In this document: positions 20,094 to 34,725 of the stretch, one piece after another | Position numbering within the stretch: the stretch's first letter is position 1 | How the letters are laid out: every line of letters begins with the position of its first letter | NCBI GenBank assembly: GCA_963662465.1 | Contig: OY759599.1 | Coordinates: 672,001 to 736,000, forward strand | Length of the DNA stretch: 64,000 bases | From: Desulfatiglandales bacterium | GTDB taxonomy: Bacteria; Desulfobacterota; DSM-4660; Desulfatiglandales; Desulfatiglandaceae | Direction of reading: 5' to 3' | The notes under the pieces: generated by a model | Database searches by the model: none | Told to the model about the DNA's origin: nothing | The model's input: the letters and a program-made list of their open reading frames with translations, nothing else | Program-made: the position numbers and the translations under genes

Positions 20094-21240
20094 TTATTTT
20101 TTGGAAGTGGACGGCGCCCCGGCTTCTTTGGGTTGAACCACCATGCCGGGTCTGACCATCTGAAGTCCTTCGGTTATGACGAGGTCTCCGGCCTTCAGGC
20201 CTTTCCAGATGATCTTCTGGTGTTTGTATAGAAATCCGGCCTTGACCGGCCTTTGCTCCACCTTGTTGTCTTTTCCCACCACATAAACATACATGCCGGT
20301 TTGATCCTCGGCAATGGCTTTTTCGGTAATCAACGGGGTGTCCGGCACATCACATAGAAAAAGGCCGGCCTGAACATAGATACCGGGCAAAAGGGTCTTT
20401 TCGGGATTGGGAATAACGGCGCGCATGTTGATGGTATTGGCCTGTGGGTCGGCCGTGTTGTCGATAAAATCCACCTTTCCCGGATGGGAGTGGGTGCTGC
20501 CGTCGGAGAGGATAATATTTACGGGGATCTCTTTTCCCTGTTTGTACTTGAGGATCAGCCGCAGATCTTTCTCGCTGGGGCTGAAATAGACGTACAACGG
20601 GTCCAGTTTCACAATGGTGGCCAGTTTGGTGTTTTGCCCGCCGGCGCCCACCAGGTTGCCCACATTCACCAGGGTTCGCCCGATGCGGCCATCCAGGGGG
20701 GAGTACATGGTGCAGTAGCCTAAGTTGAGCCTGTCCTGCTTGATTTTGGCCTGGTCGGCTTTGACGGAGGCGGTCGCTTCCCGGGCCTTGGTTTCGTAAT
20801 CCTCCAGGGATTCCTGGGTCACGAAATCCTGTTTTGCAAGGGGTTTGTATCGTTTCACCTGGTCCAGGGCAAAGGAAAGGGATGCTTTGTCCCGGGCCAG
20901 TTGGGCCAGGCTTCCTTCCAGCGCTGCCTGGTAGGGGGCCTTTTCAATGACGAATATGATATCCCCTTTTTTGACGTTCGCTCCTTCCACAAACCGTCTT
21001 TCTTCAAGAAAGCCCTCTACCCTGGCGCAAATGTCCACGGTTTTGACGGACTCCGTGGTGGCCACGTAATCGAGATGAACGGGCACGGTTTGTAAGGTTA
21101 CCTTTTCGACGGTAACCTCCGGGGGTGGCGGCGGTTTGGGCGCCTGTTTCCGTTCTTCTTTGCAGCCGGAAAAAGAGACTGACCCAAGGAGTAAAAAAAC
21201 CATCAGGATGATCCGGATATTGGGTATTCCGATTCGGTGA

Positions 21241-21251
<11 letters not shown>
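20094..21251 (-). CDS. RND periplasmic adaptor (MFP)
   Basis: Lipoprotein-like signal (FSGC), SPLDGRIG, VITEGLQ; lies between OMF and permease. Confidence 0.93.
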
Positions 21252-24240
<2,989 letters not shown>

Positions 24241-24259
24241 TTCAAAAACTGAAGACAAT

Positions 24260-24290
24260 GCTAACAGCTAACAGCTAACAGCTAACAGCT
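24260..24290. repeat. Heptamer tandem repeat (GCTAACA)x4.4
   Basis: Perfect repeat in the kdnA-kdnB spacer. Confidence 0.95.
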
Positions 24291-24299
24291 CAAACTTAG

Positions 24300-25391
<1,092 letters not shown>

Positions 25392-25423
25392 GTGTTTGGT
25401 TAAGGATTTAAAACCCGCTTCAC

Positions 25424-26413
25424 TTATTCATCATGTTCATCCCGGATGCTGCCCACCAGTTCCTCCAGGATGTCCTCCAGTGTGACGATGCCCGCCACGT
25501 TTCCGGCGCTGTCCACCACCACCGCCAGGTGAACCTTGTGTCGTTTGAAGCGACGCAACTGCCGGTCGATTTTCGTGTCCACTGTAGCAAATTCGGGTGG
25601 CCGCATGATCTTTTGAAGTGGAGCGGCGGGATCGTTTTCAAGAAGCTTGAAAAGATCCTTGGCGTGAATGAAGCCGATGATGTGGTCGGGGGTTTCTCCC
25701 TGCACCGGAAACCGTGTGAAGCCCGTCTCCAGCACGGTGTTGATGGCTTCCTTTATAGGCGCCCGAATATTCAGGGTTTTCATTCGAGATTCCGGAATCA
25801 TGATCTCGCCTACGGTTTTGTCGTTTAAAGTGAACACGTTGGCCAGCATCTTTTTTTCGAGGCCGGTGATGGCGCCTTCGTCCCACCCCATCTTGATGCA
25901 GGCGTGGATCTCCGCTTCGGTCATCAACGGTTTTTCAACGGTATTCATATCGACGCCCACCAGCAGAAGCAGTTTTCTGCTCACGTAGGTGATGGCTACC
26001 AATACCGGATTGGAAATCCACATGACCCCATTTAAGATGGGGGCCGTGACCATGCTGACCCTTTCATTAAAATGTTTGGCATAGACCTTGGGGGTGATTT
26101 CCGCGAAAATGAGAATGGCGACGGTCAGGATGGCGGTCACGTAAACGATGCCTTTTTCCCCCCAGAAGGAGATGGCCAGGGCCGTGGCAATGGCGCTCAT
26201 GGCCACATTGACCAGGTTGTTGCCCAGGAGAATAGCGCCGATGAGTTTTTCGGGATGTTTCAGGATTTTTGAAACCATGGCGACCCGCCGGGGCTTGGTT
26301 TCGGAAAGCAGTTTCAGGCGCAAACGACTGATGGCCATGAGCGCCGTTTCGGCGCCGGAAAAAAAGGCCGAACATCCCAGAAGCGCCACCAGAAAAAGGA
26401 TCAGGAACAGCAT
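25424..26413 (-). CDS. CNNM/HlyC/CorC family membrane protein (DUF21 + CBS pair)
   Basis: FFSGAETAL, LLGNNLVN, AEITPK, TRFPV, VTLEDILEELVG. Confidence 0.9.
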   Translation of the reverse strand: MLFLILFLVALLGCSAFFSGAETALMAISRLRLKLLSETKPRRVAMVSKILKHPEKLIGAILLGNNLVNVAMSAIATALAISFWGEKGIVYVTAILTVAILIFAEITPKVYAKHFNERVSMVTAPILNGVMWISNPVLVAITYVSRKLLLLVGVDMNTVEKPLMTEAEIHACIKMGWDEGAITGLEKKMLANVFTLNDKTVGEIMIPESRMKTLNIRAPIKEAINTVLETGFTRFPVQGETPDHIIGFIHAKDLFKLLENDPAAPLQKIMRPPEFATVDTKIDRQLRRFKRHKVHLAVVVDSAGNVAGIVTLEDILEELVGSIRDEHDE

Positions 26414-26597
26414 TTTTGTTTGTCTCCCTTCGAGTTTAATGTGTTGGAAAGCCCGCGGATCATGTGTCCGTTGAACGCCACAATCTCATAGACATCATAA
26501 ACGGTATGGGCTAGATTTCAGAATACTATCTTTATTAACCTGTGGATTGCAAGTTCCAGGTTTAGGGCATCCATTGAAAATTAGTGGAGGATAACGG

Positions 26598-27812
26598 TTG
26601 GACTCCCAACTGCTCTGGCAATATGTACCGATGGCGGATTATAAACTTCCCGAAGGGATGGTTGTGGAGACGGTTCGAGGGGGGGTGGTGGGGATTTGGC
26701 GAAGGCTCACCGCTTCCGGAAAGGACAATGTTGTACCCCTTGCAAGCCCGGAGAAATTGCAGTCGGTTTCCGACGCCCTCTTGAACGCCGCTGTGCCGCC
26801 TCCGGATTGGGGAAGCGCCCTGTCCGCCCTTGATAAGGCCGTGATGCCCCGGCTCAAGGAACATAACCCCGATAATCCCGCCATATTTATCATTAGCCCT
26901 CCCCATGGGGGGAATGCCCCCATCCTGCGGCAATATGCACAGGCAAAGGGCTGGCCGGAACCGGCGCCCCCTTCGCCAAAACAAATCCTTGACGCTGACA
27001 ACGGATGGTTTGAATCTTTTACCGCAAACAGCCGCCTGCCCTGGGTTCTTCCCGCGCTGGAGCAATGCTGGTTGCGGCACGATTCGGGTTTGCGCCTTGT
27101 GCGCCATTTTTTTGAGCGGCTTTTTTCCGGCGCCCTCAACAGGGGAATTGTGGGGTGCGACAGTTGGGCATGGGCCTATCTGAAGCATGCCATGGTATTA
27201 ACCCGGACAGACCCGCTGGTTGCCCAGCCCCTGGACCCCCTGAGACTCTCCCTCTGGTTCGGGAGCCTCGCCCGGCAAAACAATGAAAACAGCCCCGTTT
27301 TTCGGCAGAGCGACAATGGTTCCCATGTCCTTACGCCCGATGGAGGCATGGACCTCGCAAACAACCCGGGGGAAGCGGGGAATTTTCTGAAAAAACTGGC
27401 AGCCTACAGCCGGGGTATTCCGGGGGTGGCCTGGGCCCTGTGGCGGGAAAGCCTCAACACGCTGCCCGAAGGGGATTACGAAGAGGGCCGGGACGTGGTG
27501 GTGGGGAGCAAAGGCGTTAAGACCCTGTGGGTGACGCCATGGGACAAGATGCGGTTGCCGAACCCGCCGCTGCCCCTGGAAAAGATACAGGTGTTGGTGA
27601 TGCATGCTCTGTTGCAGCACAACGGGTTGCCCCGGGACCTGCTATGCCGTATCCTCCCTTTTTCACCCCATGAACTGGATCGAACGCTCAATCTGCTTCG
27701 GGTTCCGGGAATCCTGGAACGAAACGAAAAAAAATGGCGTGTTTCGGCGGCCGCCTATCCATCGGTTCGGCGGCTCATGAATGGCGAAGGGTATCTGGTG
27801 GACGAATTTTAG
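26598..27812 (+). CDS. Hypothetical protein; degenerate P-loop NTPase-like core with C-terminal winged HTH
   Basis: 404 aa with RBS GGAGG; IISPPHGGN (Walker A-like, no Lys), PWVLPALEQ, YSRGIPGVAWALW, wHTH-like tail. Confidence 0.55.
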   Translation: MDSQLLWQYVPMADYKLPEGMVVETVRGGVVGIWRRLTASGKDNVVPLASPEKLQSVSDALLNAAVPPPDWGSALSALDKAVMPRLKEHNPDNPAIFIISPPHGGNAPILRQYAQAKGWPEPAPPSPKQILDADNGWFESFTANSRLPWVLPALEQCWLRHDSGLRLVRHFFERLFSGALNRGIVGCDSWAWAYLKHAMVLTRTDPLVAQPLDPLRLSLWFGSLARQNNENSPVFRQSDNGSHVLTPDGGMDLANNPGEAGNFLKKLAAYSRGIPGVAWALWRESLNTLPEGDYEEGRDVVVGSKGVKTLWVTPWDKMRLPNPPLPLEKIQVLVMHALLQHNGLPRDLLCRILPFSPHELDRTLNLLRVPGILERNEKKWRVSAAAYPSVRRLMNGEGYLVDEF

Positions 27813-27820
27813 AAAGGCAT

Positions 27821-28618
27821 ATGCTGATGGATATGATCAAGTTTCTGGAGCAGGCCGCCCTGATCCAGGTTGGTTTTACGCTGGTGGTCGGCTGGCTTTG
27901 CATCGTGGGCGCTCAGCGACTGATTCCGACCATCGCCGAAAAGGTTTCCGGTCGTTACCGGTTCTACATTCTGGCGACGGTTCCGGTATTTCGTCTTGCG
28001 ATCATTCTCCTTGCGGCCTGGCTCATCATTTCAAGAATTGTCGATCCCACCTTTGAAAACCTCATTGCGTTGCTGGGCGCCGTTGGCATTGCCCTGGGAT
28101 TTGCTTTCAAGGACTATGCCAGCAGCCTGATTGCGGGTATCGTTACCCTTTACGAAATGCCCTACCGCATGGGTGACTGGATCACCGTGGAAGGCGTTTA
28201 CGGGGAAGTGCGATCCATCGGCATGCGGGCCGTGTCCATCGTGACCCCCGACGACACCACGGTTGTCGTCCCGCACCAGAAACTTTGGAACGGACTTTTG
28301 TTTAACGCCAATGACGGAGACCGGAACCTGCAGTGTGGGATTGACTTTTATCTGCACCCCCGCCATGATGCCGTAAAGGTTATCTCCGTTCTTAAGGATG
28401 TGGCGCTTTCCAGCCCTTTTTTGCAGGTTCAGCGTCCCGTGATGGTTATTGTTCGGGAAATGCCTTGGGGAACCCATTACCGGCTCAAAGCCTACCCCGT
28501 GGATCCCAGGGATCAGTTTGCTTTTACCACGGACCTGACGGTGCGGGGAAAAGGGGCGCTTATGCGCCGGGGAATGGATTTTGCGGTTGCACCCATGGTC
28601 TGCGGGGTTGAACCATGA
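27821..28618 (+). CDS. MscS family mechanosensitive channel
   Basis: Three TM helices, GIALGFAFKD, YRMGDWI..GVYGEV. Confidence 0.9.
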   Translation: MLMDMIKFLEQAALIQVGFTLVVGWLCIVGAQRLIPTIAEKVSGRYRFYILATVPVFRLAIILLAAWLIISRIVDPTFENLIALLGAVGIALGFAFKDYASSLIAGIVTLYEMPYRMGDWITVEGVYGEVRSIGMRAVSIVTPDDTTVVVPHQKLWNGLLFNANDGDRNLQCGIDFYLHPRHDAVKVISVLKDVALSSPFLQVQRPVMVIVREMPWGTHYRLKAYPVDPRDQFAFTTDLTVRGKGALMRRGMDFAVAPMVCGVEP

Positions 28619-28657
28619 CCCGATTAAACCTCGGCTCTTTTGATGGGAGGATTGCTC

Positions 28658-29587
28658 ATGCCGGCTGATTTTCAGAACTGGGTTTCCAGTCCCATGGCCT
28701 TTCGGTGGTTGACGGCCATTGTGGGGCTGGTGGTTATTTTGACCCTGGTGCGTCTCTTTCAGCGCGCATTGCCCCGGTATGTCCGGGATGCGGACGCCCG
28801 GTATCGCACCCGAAAGTTTGCCGGATTCATGGGCTTCCTGCTGGCGGTGTTTTTTATGACCTCGGTTTTCAGCGATCAGCTCGGCAGCCTCACTGTGGCC
28901 TTTGGCGTGGCCGGCGCTGGCATCGCCTTTGCGCTTCAGGAAGTCATTACCGGCATTGCAGGATGGGTGGCCGTCACCTTCGGCCATTTTTATAAATCCG
29001 GGGATCGCATTCAACTGGGCGGTGTCATGGGGGACGTGATCGATATCGGCGTTTTGCGCACCACCCTCATGGAATGTGGCGGGTGGGTCAGGGGGGACCA
29101 GTACAACGGTCGTATTGTTAGAATTTCAAACGGTTCCGTTTTCAAGGACCCTGTTTACAACTATTCGGCCGATTTCCCATTTTTGTGGGATGAAATTACC
29201 ATGCCGGTCCAATACGGCAGCCATATGCCGGAAGCCCAGCGCATTCTGGAGGAAATCCTATCGGAGGTGGTGGGGGAGTATGCCGCCTACGCAAAAGCGG
29301 CCTGGGATGGCATTGTCAAGAAATACAGGATTGAGGATGCACGGGTGGCCCCCATGGTGACCATGGTCCTCAATGAAAACTGGATGGAATTTACCATGCG
29401 CTACGTGGTGGATTATAAAGAGAGGAGAACGCGAAAACACAGAATTTTCGTTCGTATACTTGAAGCATTTGAAAAGACGGAAGGCCGGGTTAAAATCGCA
29501 TCTACTTCCATGGATCTCAATCTGACGAAAACAGCGCCCTTTAAAGTTGCTTTGTCGGGTGAATCAAAAAGGGAGGTCTTGCCATGA
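28658..29587 (+). CDS. MscS family mechanosensitive channel
   Basis: GVAGAGIAFALQE, GDRIQLGGVMGDVIDIG, QYNGRIV. Confidence 0.92.
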   Translation: MPADFQNWVSSPMAFRWLTAIVGLVVILTLVRLFQRALPRYVRDADARYRTRKFAGFMGFLLAVFFMTSVFSDQLGSLTVAFGVAGAGIAFALQEVITGIAGWVAVTFGHFYKSGDRIQLGGVMGDVIDIGVLRTTLMECGGWVRGDQYNGRIVRISNGSVFKDPVYNYSADFPFLWDEITMPVQYGSHMPEAQRILEEILSEVVGEYAAYAKAAWDGIVKKYRIEDARVAPMVTMVLNENWMEFTMRYVVDYKERRTRKHRIFVRILEAFEKTEGRVKIASTSMDLNLTKTAPFKVALSGESKREVLP

Positions 29588-30666
29588 GGATTTGGAGAAT
29601 TGCCCTCTGGTGGATTTTGCTGCTGTTGCTTTGCCCGTCATTGGTCGCATCGGAAGAGGGGAGGGGCCGGAAAAAGTTGCTGGCGGTGGGCACCAAGGTG
29701 GTGGCCCCCTTTGTGATGAAGACAGCGACGGGGGAGTGGACGGGCATCAGTATCGATTTATGGAAGGAGATCGCGTCCGCCCTTGAATTGCCTTACGAAT
29801 TTCGAGAGCTGGATCTTCAGGGCCTTCTGGCGGGAGTGGCCGATGGGTCTCTGGACGTTGCGGTGGCTGCGCTCACCATTACGTCGGAGCGGGAGGAGCG
29901 TTTCGATTTTACCCATCCCTTTCTCACCTCGGGCCTGGGGATTGCGATCAGTGGGCATAAGGGAAGCCCCTGGTGGACGGTTTTTCGGAAATTTTTGTCC
30001 CTCGCCTTTCTCAAGGTGGTGGCCACCCTTGCCCTTGTGTTGCTGGGGGTGGGGGTACTGGTATGGTGGTTTGAGCGGAAGCGGAATTCGGCTCAGTTCG
30101 GCCGGGGGACGAGCCGAGGCATCGGAAGCGGATTCTGGTGGTCGGCGGTAACCATGACCACCGTTGGATATGGCGATAAGGCCCCGGTGACGCCCGCGGG
30201 GCGGCTGGTAGCCCTTATCTGGATGTTTGTTTCGATTATCATCATTTCCACCTTTACGGCGGCCATTACTTCATCCCTTACGGTGAGTAAGCTGGGGTCC
30301 GTGGTTCAGGGGCCCAAGGACTTGCTGAATGTTCGCGTGGGGACCCTCCCCGATACCACCAGTGCCGCCTATTTGGCGGAAGCCCGGGTCTCCTTTCAGC
30401 GGTTTATGTCGGTACGAGAGGGCCTTGAAGCCATCAGCACTGGGAAAATCGATGCTTTTGTGTACGATGCGCCGGTCCTTCGTTACCTGATCAACAAGGA
30501 TTTTCCCGCCACGCTTGAAGTGCTTCCCCAAACCTTTGAACAGCAGAATTACGGGATTGCCCTTCCTCAGCACAGTTCTCTGCGGGAGCCCGTCAACCGG
30601 GTCCTTCTCAAAAAAATAAAGGGACGGGCATGGCAGGATGTGTTGTACCGGTACTTGGGAAGTTAG
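29584..30666 (+). CDS. GluR0-like ligand-gated K+ channel (split solute-binding domain around a TVGYGD pore)
   Basis: Signal peptide, APFVM/ITSEREERFDF lobe, WWSAVTMTTVGYGD, AFVYDAPVL/YGIALP lobe. Confidence 0.88.
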   Translation: MRIWRIALWWILLLLLCPSLVASEEGRGRKKLLAVGTKVVAPFVMKTATGEWTGISIDLWKEIASALELPYEFRELDLQGLLAGVADGSLDVAVAALTITSEREERFDFTHPFLTSGLGIAISGHKGSPWWTVFRKFLSLAFLKVVATLALVLLGVGVLVWWFERKRNSAQFGRGTSRGIGSGFWWSAVTMTTVGYGDKAPVTPAGRLVALIWMFVSIIIISTFTAAITSSLTVSKLGSVVQGPKDLLNVRVGTLPDTTSAAYLAEARVSFQRFMSVREGLEAISTGKIDAFVYDAPVLRYLINKDFPATLEVLPQTFEQQNYGIALPQHSSLREPVNRVLLKKIKGRAWQDVLYRYLGS

Positions 30667-30669
30667 GCG

Positions 30670-30700
30670 TCAGGTGTGGGATGTTATTCCCGACACCTGA
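30670..30700. terminator. Hairpin between convergent genes
   Basis: TCAGGTGTGGGA...TCCCGACACCTGA inverted repeat. Confidence 0.55.
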
Positions 30701-30715
30701 TGATACCCGCTCGAA

Positions 30716-31024
30716 TTATTTCACTTCAAGAATATTGTTGGCGCCGCCGAAGCCGTTGGCGCAAATCTGGTCGTTGGCGGGATCATTTTGCCATTGGCCG
30801 TCCACCATGAAACGGTATTCGTATCGTCCCGCCGGAACCATGATGATCTTTTTCCACATGCCGAGCTTACTTTTTTTCATGGGATGCTTCTTTTCATTCC
30901 ACAGGTTGAAATCACCCATCAGTGAAACCTTTTCCGCCTGGGGGGCCTCAAAGGTCAGGGTCACCCGTTTGCGTTTGATGGGGGTTTTCGCCCCCTTTTC
31001 ATTCTTTTTTGTCACCATTTCCAA
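30716..31024 (-). CDS. Glycogen-binding (AMPK CBM48 / isoamylase early-set) domain protein
   Basis: VSLMGDFNLW, GRYEYRFMVDGQWQNDP, NGFGGANN. Confidence 0.88.
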   Translation of the reverse strand: MEMVTKKNEKGAKTPIKRKRVTLTFEAPQAEKVSLMGDFNLWNEKKHPMKKSKLGMWKKIIMVPAGRYEYRFMVDGQWQNDPANDQICANGFGGANNILEVK

Positions 31025-31457
31025 ACCTCCCTATGGGTCCCCATGGGACCTGCAACATAAACGCATTCCGATATTTCATTTCGGGAAAATATTTTGTTTT
31101 AACGGCAATATGCCGCGTCTGCTTCCTCTTCAAGGCAAATACCATGTTCTTTCCAATTAAAGCATCCATGGTTTCTTTGTCAAGGATGAATCACCATCAT
31201 TAGAAAATAGATCCCGTAATGTGCTAAGGGACCTCGCCACGTCGTCCAACCCGACGATTTCCATAAAAACCGGACCTTCCGGGAAGACCATTTGGAACCT
31301 GTTCCCGTTTTTTCTCATGATGACATTTTATGAAAAGCCATATACAATTAAAAAAAGCCGTAGAAATACGGATACATCCTAACAATACAAAGGGGGGTAA
31401 AAAAATGGAAAGGCATCTGCTTAGTGTTGTACCGCTCTTTATGCCGCTTTTTCCATA

Positions 31458-32846
31458 ATGCGAAAGGACGCTTTCATGACAGATATGGCTCAAGATAAAA
31501 CAACTTCGGCTGAAACACTCCTTGAACTGATTCAGACAGATGATCCATCGCAAATAGGAATATTCCTCGCTGAGCTTAAGCCCGGAGAGGAAGCGCGGGC
31601 CATGGCTCAGTTGGATAAAGGGCAGCAGACACGCCTGTTTGATCTGCTGGGCCCTCAAAAGTCCGCCGAACTGCTCGTAAAAATCACCGGAAGGGGGGTG
31701 GTTTCAGTCATTGAGCAGATGCCCCTTGAGCAGACTGCGGCTATTTTTGAGGAAATGCCCAGCCGGCAGCAAGTGGACATTCTTCGTCGGCTCAAAGATA
31801 AGGATGCAGCGCAGATTATCGATGAATTTGCCGAGCCCAGGGCGGAAAAATTAAGAGAGTTGATCGCCTATCCGGAGGATACGGCCGGGGGGCTGATGAT
31901 TCCCGAGTATCTCGCTTTTTCAAGGGGAATGCTGGTAAAGGATGTTCTGGATGATTTGCGGGAACACGGGGAGGTGTATTCCGATTATGTGGTTCAGTAT
32001 GCCTATGTGGTTTCGGAAGAGGGAGGGTTATTGGGTGTACTTCGCCTGAGGGATCTGCTGCTGGCCCCCAAGAACAAACCGGTCACGGATATTATGATCA
32101 AGGACCCTCAAAACGTTCGCGTCGATAACCCTTTGCGGGATTTGAAAGAATTTTTCAAACAGTACAACTATTTAGGCGTACCGGTGGTTGACTCTCGAAA
32201 CAGACTTGTGGGTGTGGTCAATGCCGCCGCCGTAAGAGACGCGGTGAATAAGCGGAGCAACCAGATTTTCCTTCAATTTTCGGGCATCGTCGGCGGTGAG
32301 GAATTCAGGACCATGCCGTTGTTTAAACGCTCTTCAAGGCGCTTGTCATGGTTGAGCATCAATATCCTGTTGAACATTGTCGCGGCCAGCGTCATTGCCC
32401 TGTACCAGGACACTCTTGAGCAAGTCATTGTGCTGGCGGTTTTTCTACCGATCATATCGGATATGAGCGGCTGTTCCGGTAATCAATCGGTGGCTGTGAG
32501 CATCCGTGAATTGTCTCTGGGACTCGTGAGACCCAAGGAGTTGTTGCGGGTTTTCCTCAAAGAATCGTCCATCGGCGTCATCAACGGCGTGGTACTGGGG
32601 CTATTGTTGGGAGGGGTCGCTTTTCTCTGGAAAGGAAACCCATATCTCGGGTTGGTGGTGGGGGTGTCCCTGGCCGCCAACACCCTGGTGGCGGTCAGTT
32701 TCGGAGGGCTGATTCCCCTGGTCCTGCGGCGGGCGGGCGCCGATCCGGCCCTGGCATCCGGACCTTTATTGACCACCATTACCGACATGTGTGGCTTCTT
32801 TTTCGTATTGAGTTTTGCCTCGGCACTTCTTTCAAAGCTTTCGTAA
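31458..32846 (+). CDS. mgtE: Magnesium transporter MgtE
   Basis: YPEDTAGGLM, CBS pair, RRLSWL, SGCSGNQ, DPALASGPLLTTITD. Confidence 0.93.
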   Translation: MRKDAFMTDMAQDKTTSAETLLELIQTDDPSQIGIFLAELKPGEEARAMAQLDKGQQTRLFDLLGPQKSAELLVKITGRGVVSVIEQMPLEQTAAIFEEMPSRQQVDILRRLKDKDAAQIIDEFAEPRAEKLRELIAYPEDTAGGLMIPEYLAFSRGMLVKDVLDDLREHGEVYSDYVVQYAYVVSEEGGLLGVLRLRDLLLAPKNKPVTDIMIKDPQNVRVDNPLRDLKEFFKQYNYLGVPVVDSRNRLVGVVNAAAVRDAVNKRSNQIFLQFSGIVGGEEFRTMPLFKRSSRRLSWLSINILLNIVAASVIALYQDTLEQVIVLAVFLPIISDMSGCSGNQSVAVSIRELSLGLVRPKELLRVFLKESSIGVINGVVLGLLLGGVAFLWKGNPYLGLVVGVSLAANTLVAVSFGGLIPLVLRRAGADPALASGPLLTTITDMCGFFFVLSFASALLSKLS

Positions 32847-32915
32847 TCGGAAGCGCCGAATTCCCGAATTGAGAAGAATAATATCTTAACCCACACTAGA
32901 CCATTAGGAGTCAAC

Positions 32916-34625
32916 ATGACAATGAATTTGGATTTCTGGAAACTGCTGGCCGGTCTCGGCATTTTCCTGTTCGGAATGCTTTTGATCGAGGAATCGGTAA
33001 AAGCCCTGTCAGGAAGAGCTTTCAGGCGTATCATCCGTGTGTATACCAATGGCAGACTGCGGTCCATCGGCAGCGGCGCCCTGGTGACGGCCCTGCTGCA
33101 AAGCAGTTCAGCGGTTTCTCTCATGGTGCTGGCGTTTGTGGGCGCCGGTGTGATGAATATGGAAAATGCCATCGGCGTCATCATGGGGTCCAACATCGGC
33201 ACAACCTTGACGGCATGGATCATCGCCACCATCGGATTTAAAGTCAAAATTGAAGCCCTTGCCTTGCCTTTTATCGGCATGGGCGCGCTCGGTCTTATTT
33301 TTTTTAAACCCGCCTCCAAACCCTTTCTGGTCATAAAACTACTCATGGGTTTCGGTTTTCTGTTTCTCGGCCTCGATTTCATGAAAGTAAGCGTTGAAAA
33401 CTTTACCCAGACATTTAGCTTGGAACGATTCCCCGATTACGGGCTATGGTTTTACCTGATGATCGGCACCCTTATCACGGCACTGATGCAGGCCAGCGCC
33501 GCGACCATTGCCATTGTGCTGACAGCAATGAGTACCGGGCTGATCACGTTCAACATCGGAGCGGCCATGGTCATCGGCGCCAATATCGGTACGACCATCA
33601 CCGTTTTACTGGGGGCCATCGGGGGCGTACAGGCCAAAAAGAGAGTCAGTCTAAGCCACTTGATTTTCAATGTTGTCACCGGCGGAGTGGCTTTTGCCGC
33701 GCTTCCCGCACTGGTATGGGTCGTTACGATTTTCGTGGATATACGGTCCGACAGCTTAATGGGGCTGGCTCTTTTTCATACGGTTTTCAATATCCTGGGG
33801 GTCGTACTTTTTTTTCCTTTCCTGGGGCCTTTTTCGCGATTGCTCACAAGGATCTATCCGGACTACAAAACCATTCTTACGGTTTATCTCGATCAGACAC
33901 CGCCGGAAATTACGGATGCCGCTACCGCCGCTTTAAGAAAAGAAACCGGCCATTTGCTTCAGGAGTGTCAGCTCTACAATTTGAGACTGCTGCGAATCGA
34001 CGAAAAACTGGTATTTGATACGGATCTGCCCTTTGAAAACAACCGAAAGAAGAAATATACCCTCGAGGATCTCTACGAAAATATAAAACTGCTCCACGCT
34101 GAAATTTTCACCTTCTATTCCCAAATCCAGATGCATAAACTTGATGAGACAGAGGTCAAGGATCTGGAGCGGCTCATCTATGCGTCGCGTAACATGATGA
34201 ACTCCATAAAGAACTTCAAAGGCGTCCGGCATAATATGGATGAGTTCGACGGTTCGGACAATGCTTACTTAAACACCCAATATAAGTTGTTTCGAAAGCG
34301 TCTGATAGAGCTTTACCACAACATGGGCCGTATTCTCAACATGGAAGATAAACAAGCCCAGTACCAAAGCCTGCTGACGACTTTTGCACAGATCGAAGAG
34401 GGCGACAACAAATTTATCAAGAACACCCTGAATGCGGTGGCCGACAAAAAAGTTCAGGAAATGGAAATCGCGTCCCTCTTGTTGGTGAACCGGTTGTTTA
34501 CCCAGTCATGCCGGATGCAGATATACAGCATGAAGGACTTGCTGCTCAGCCAGGAACAGGTCAATAATTTTGACCGTGCCATGGATGCAAAAGAAATCAT
34601 GGGTGTGGAAAAGAAGGAAATGTAA
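32916..34625 (+). CDS. Na/Pi cotransporter family protein
   Basis: LQSSSA, GSNIGTT and GANIGTT repeats, soluble PhoU-like C-terminus. Confidence 0.9.
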   Translation: MTMNLDFWKLLAGLGIFLFGMLLIEESVKALSGRAFRRIIRVYTNGRLRSIGSGALVTALLQSSSAVSLMVLAFVGAGVMNMENAIGVIMGSNIGTTLTAWIIATIGFKVKIEALALPFIGMGALGLIFFKPASKPFLVIKLLMGFGFLFLGLDFMKVSVENFTQTFSLERFPDYGLWFYLMIGTLITALMQASAATIAIVLTAMSTGLITFNIGAAMVIGANIGTTITVLLGAIGGVQAKKRVSLSHLIFNVVTGGVAFAALPALVWVVTIFVDIRSDSLMGLALFHTVFNILGVVLFFPFLGPFSRLLTRIYPDYKTILTVYLDQTPPEITDAATAALRKETGHLLQECQLYNLRLLRIDEKLVFDTDLPFENNRKKKYTLEDLYENIKLLHAEIFTFYSQIQMHKLDETEVKDLERLIYASRNMMNSIKNFKGVRHNMDEFDGSDNAYLNTQYKLFRKRLIELYHNMGRILNMEDKQAQYQSLLTTFAQIEEGDNKFIKNTLNAVADKKVQEMEIASLLLVNRLFTQSCRMQIYSMKDLLLSQEQVNNFDRAMDAKEIMGVEKKEM

Positions 34626-34725
34626 GGATGGATGCGGAACGGCAGGAAAGGCAACGGAAAGCGCTGCAATATCAGTTGCCGGAACATGTAAGCTCGCAGA
34701 TGGTCTATCTTTCGGAGGGTAATCC

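Noticed and set aside
31200..31457. c-di-AMP (ydaO) or M-box riboswitch upstream of mgtE
   Set aside because: I could not recognise the conserved motifs by eye; an Infernal/Rfam scan would be needed.
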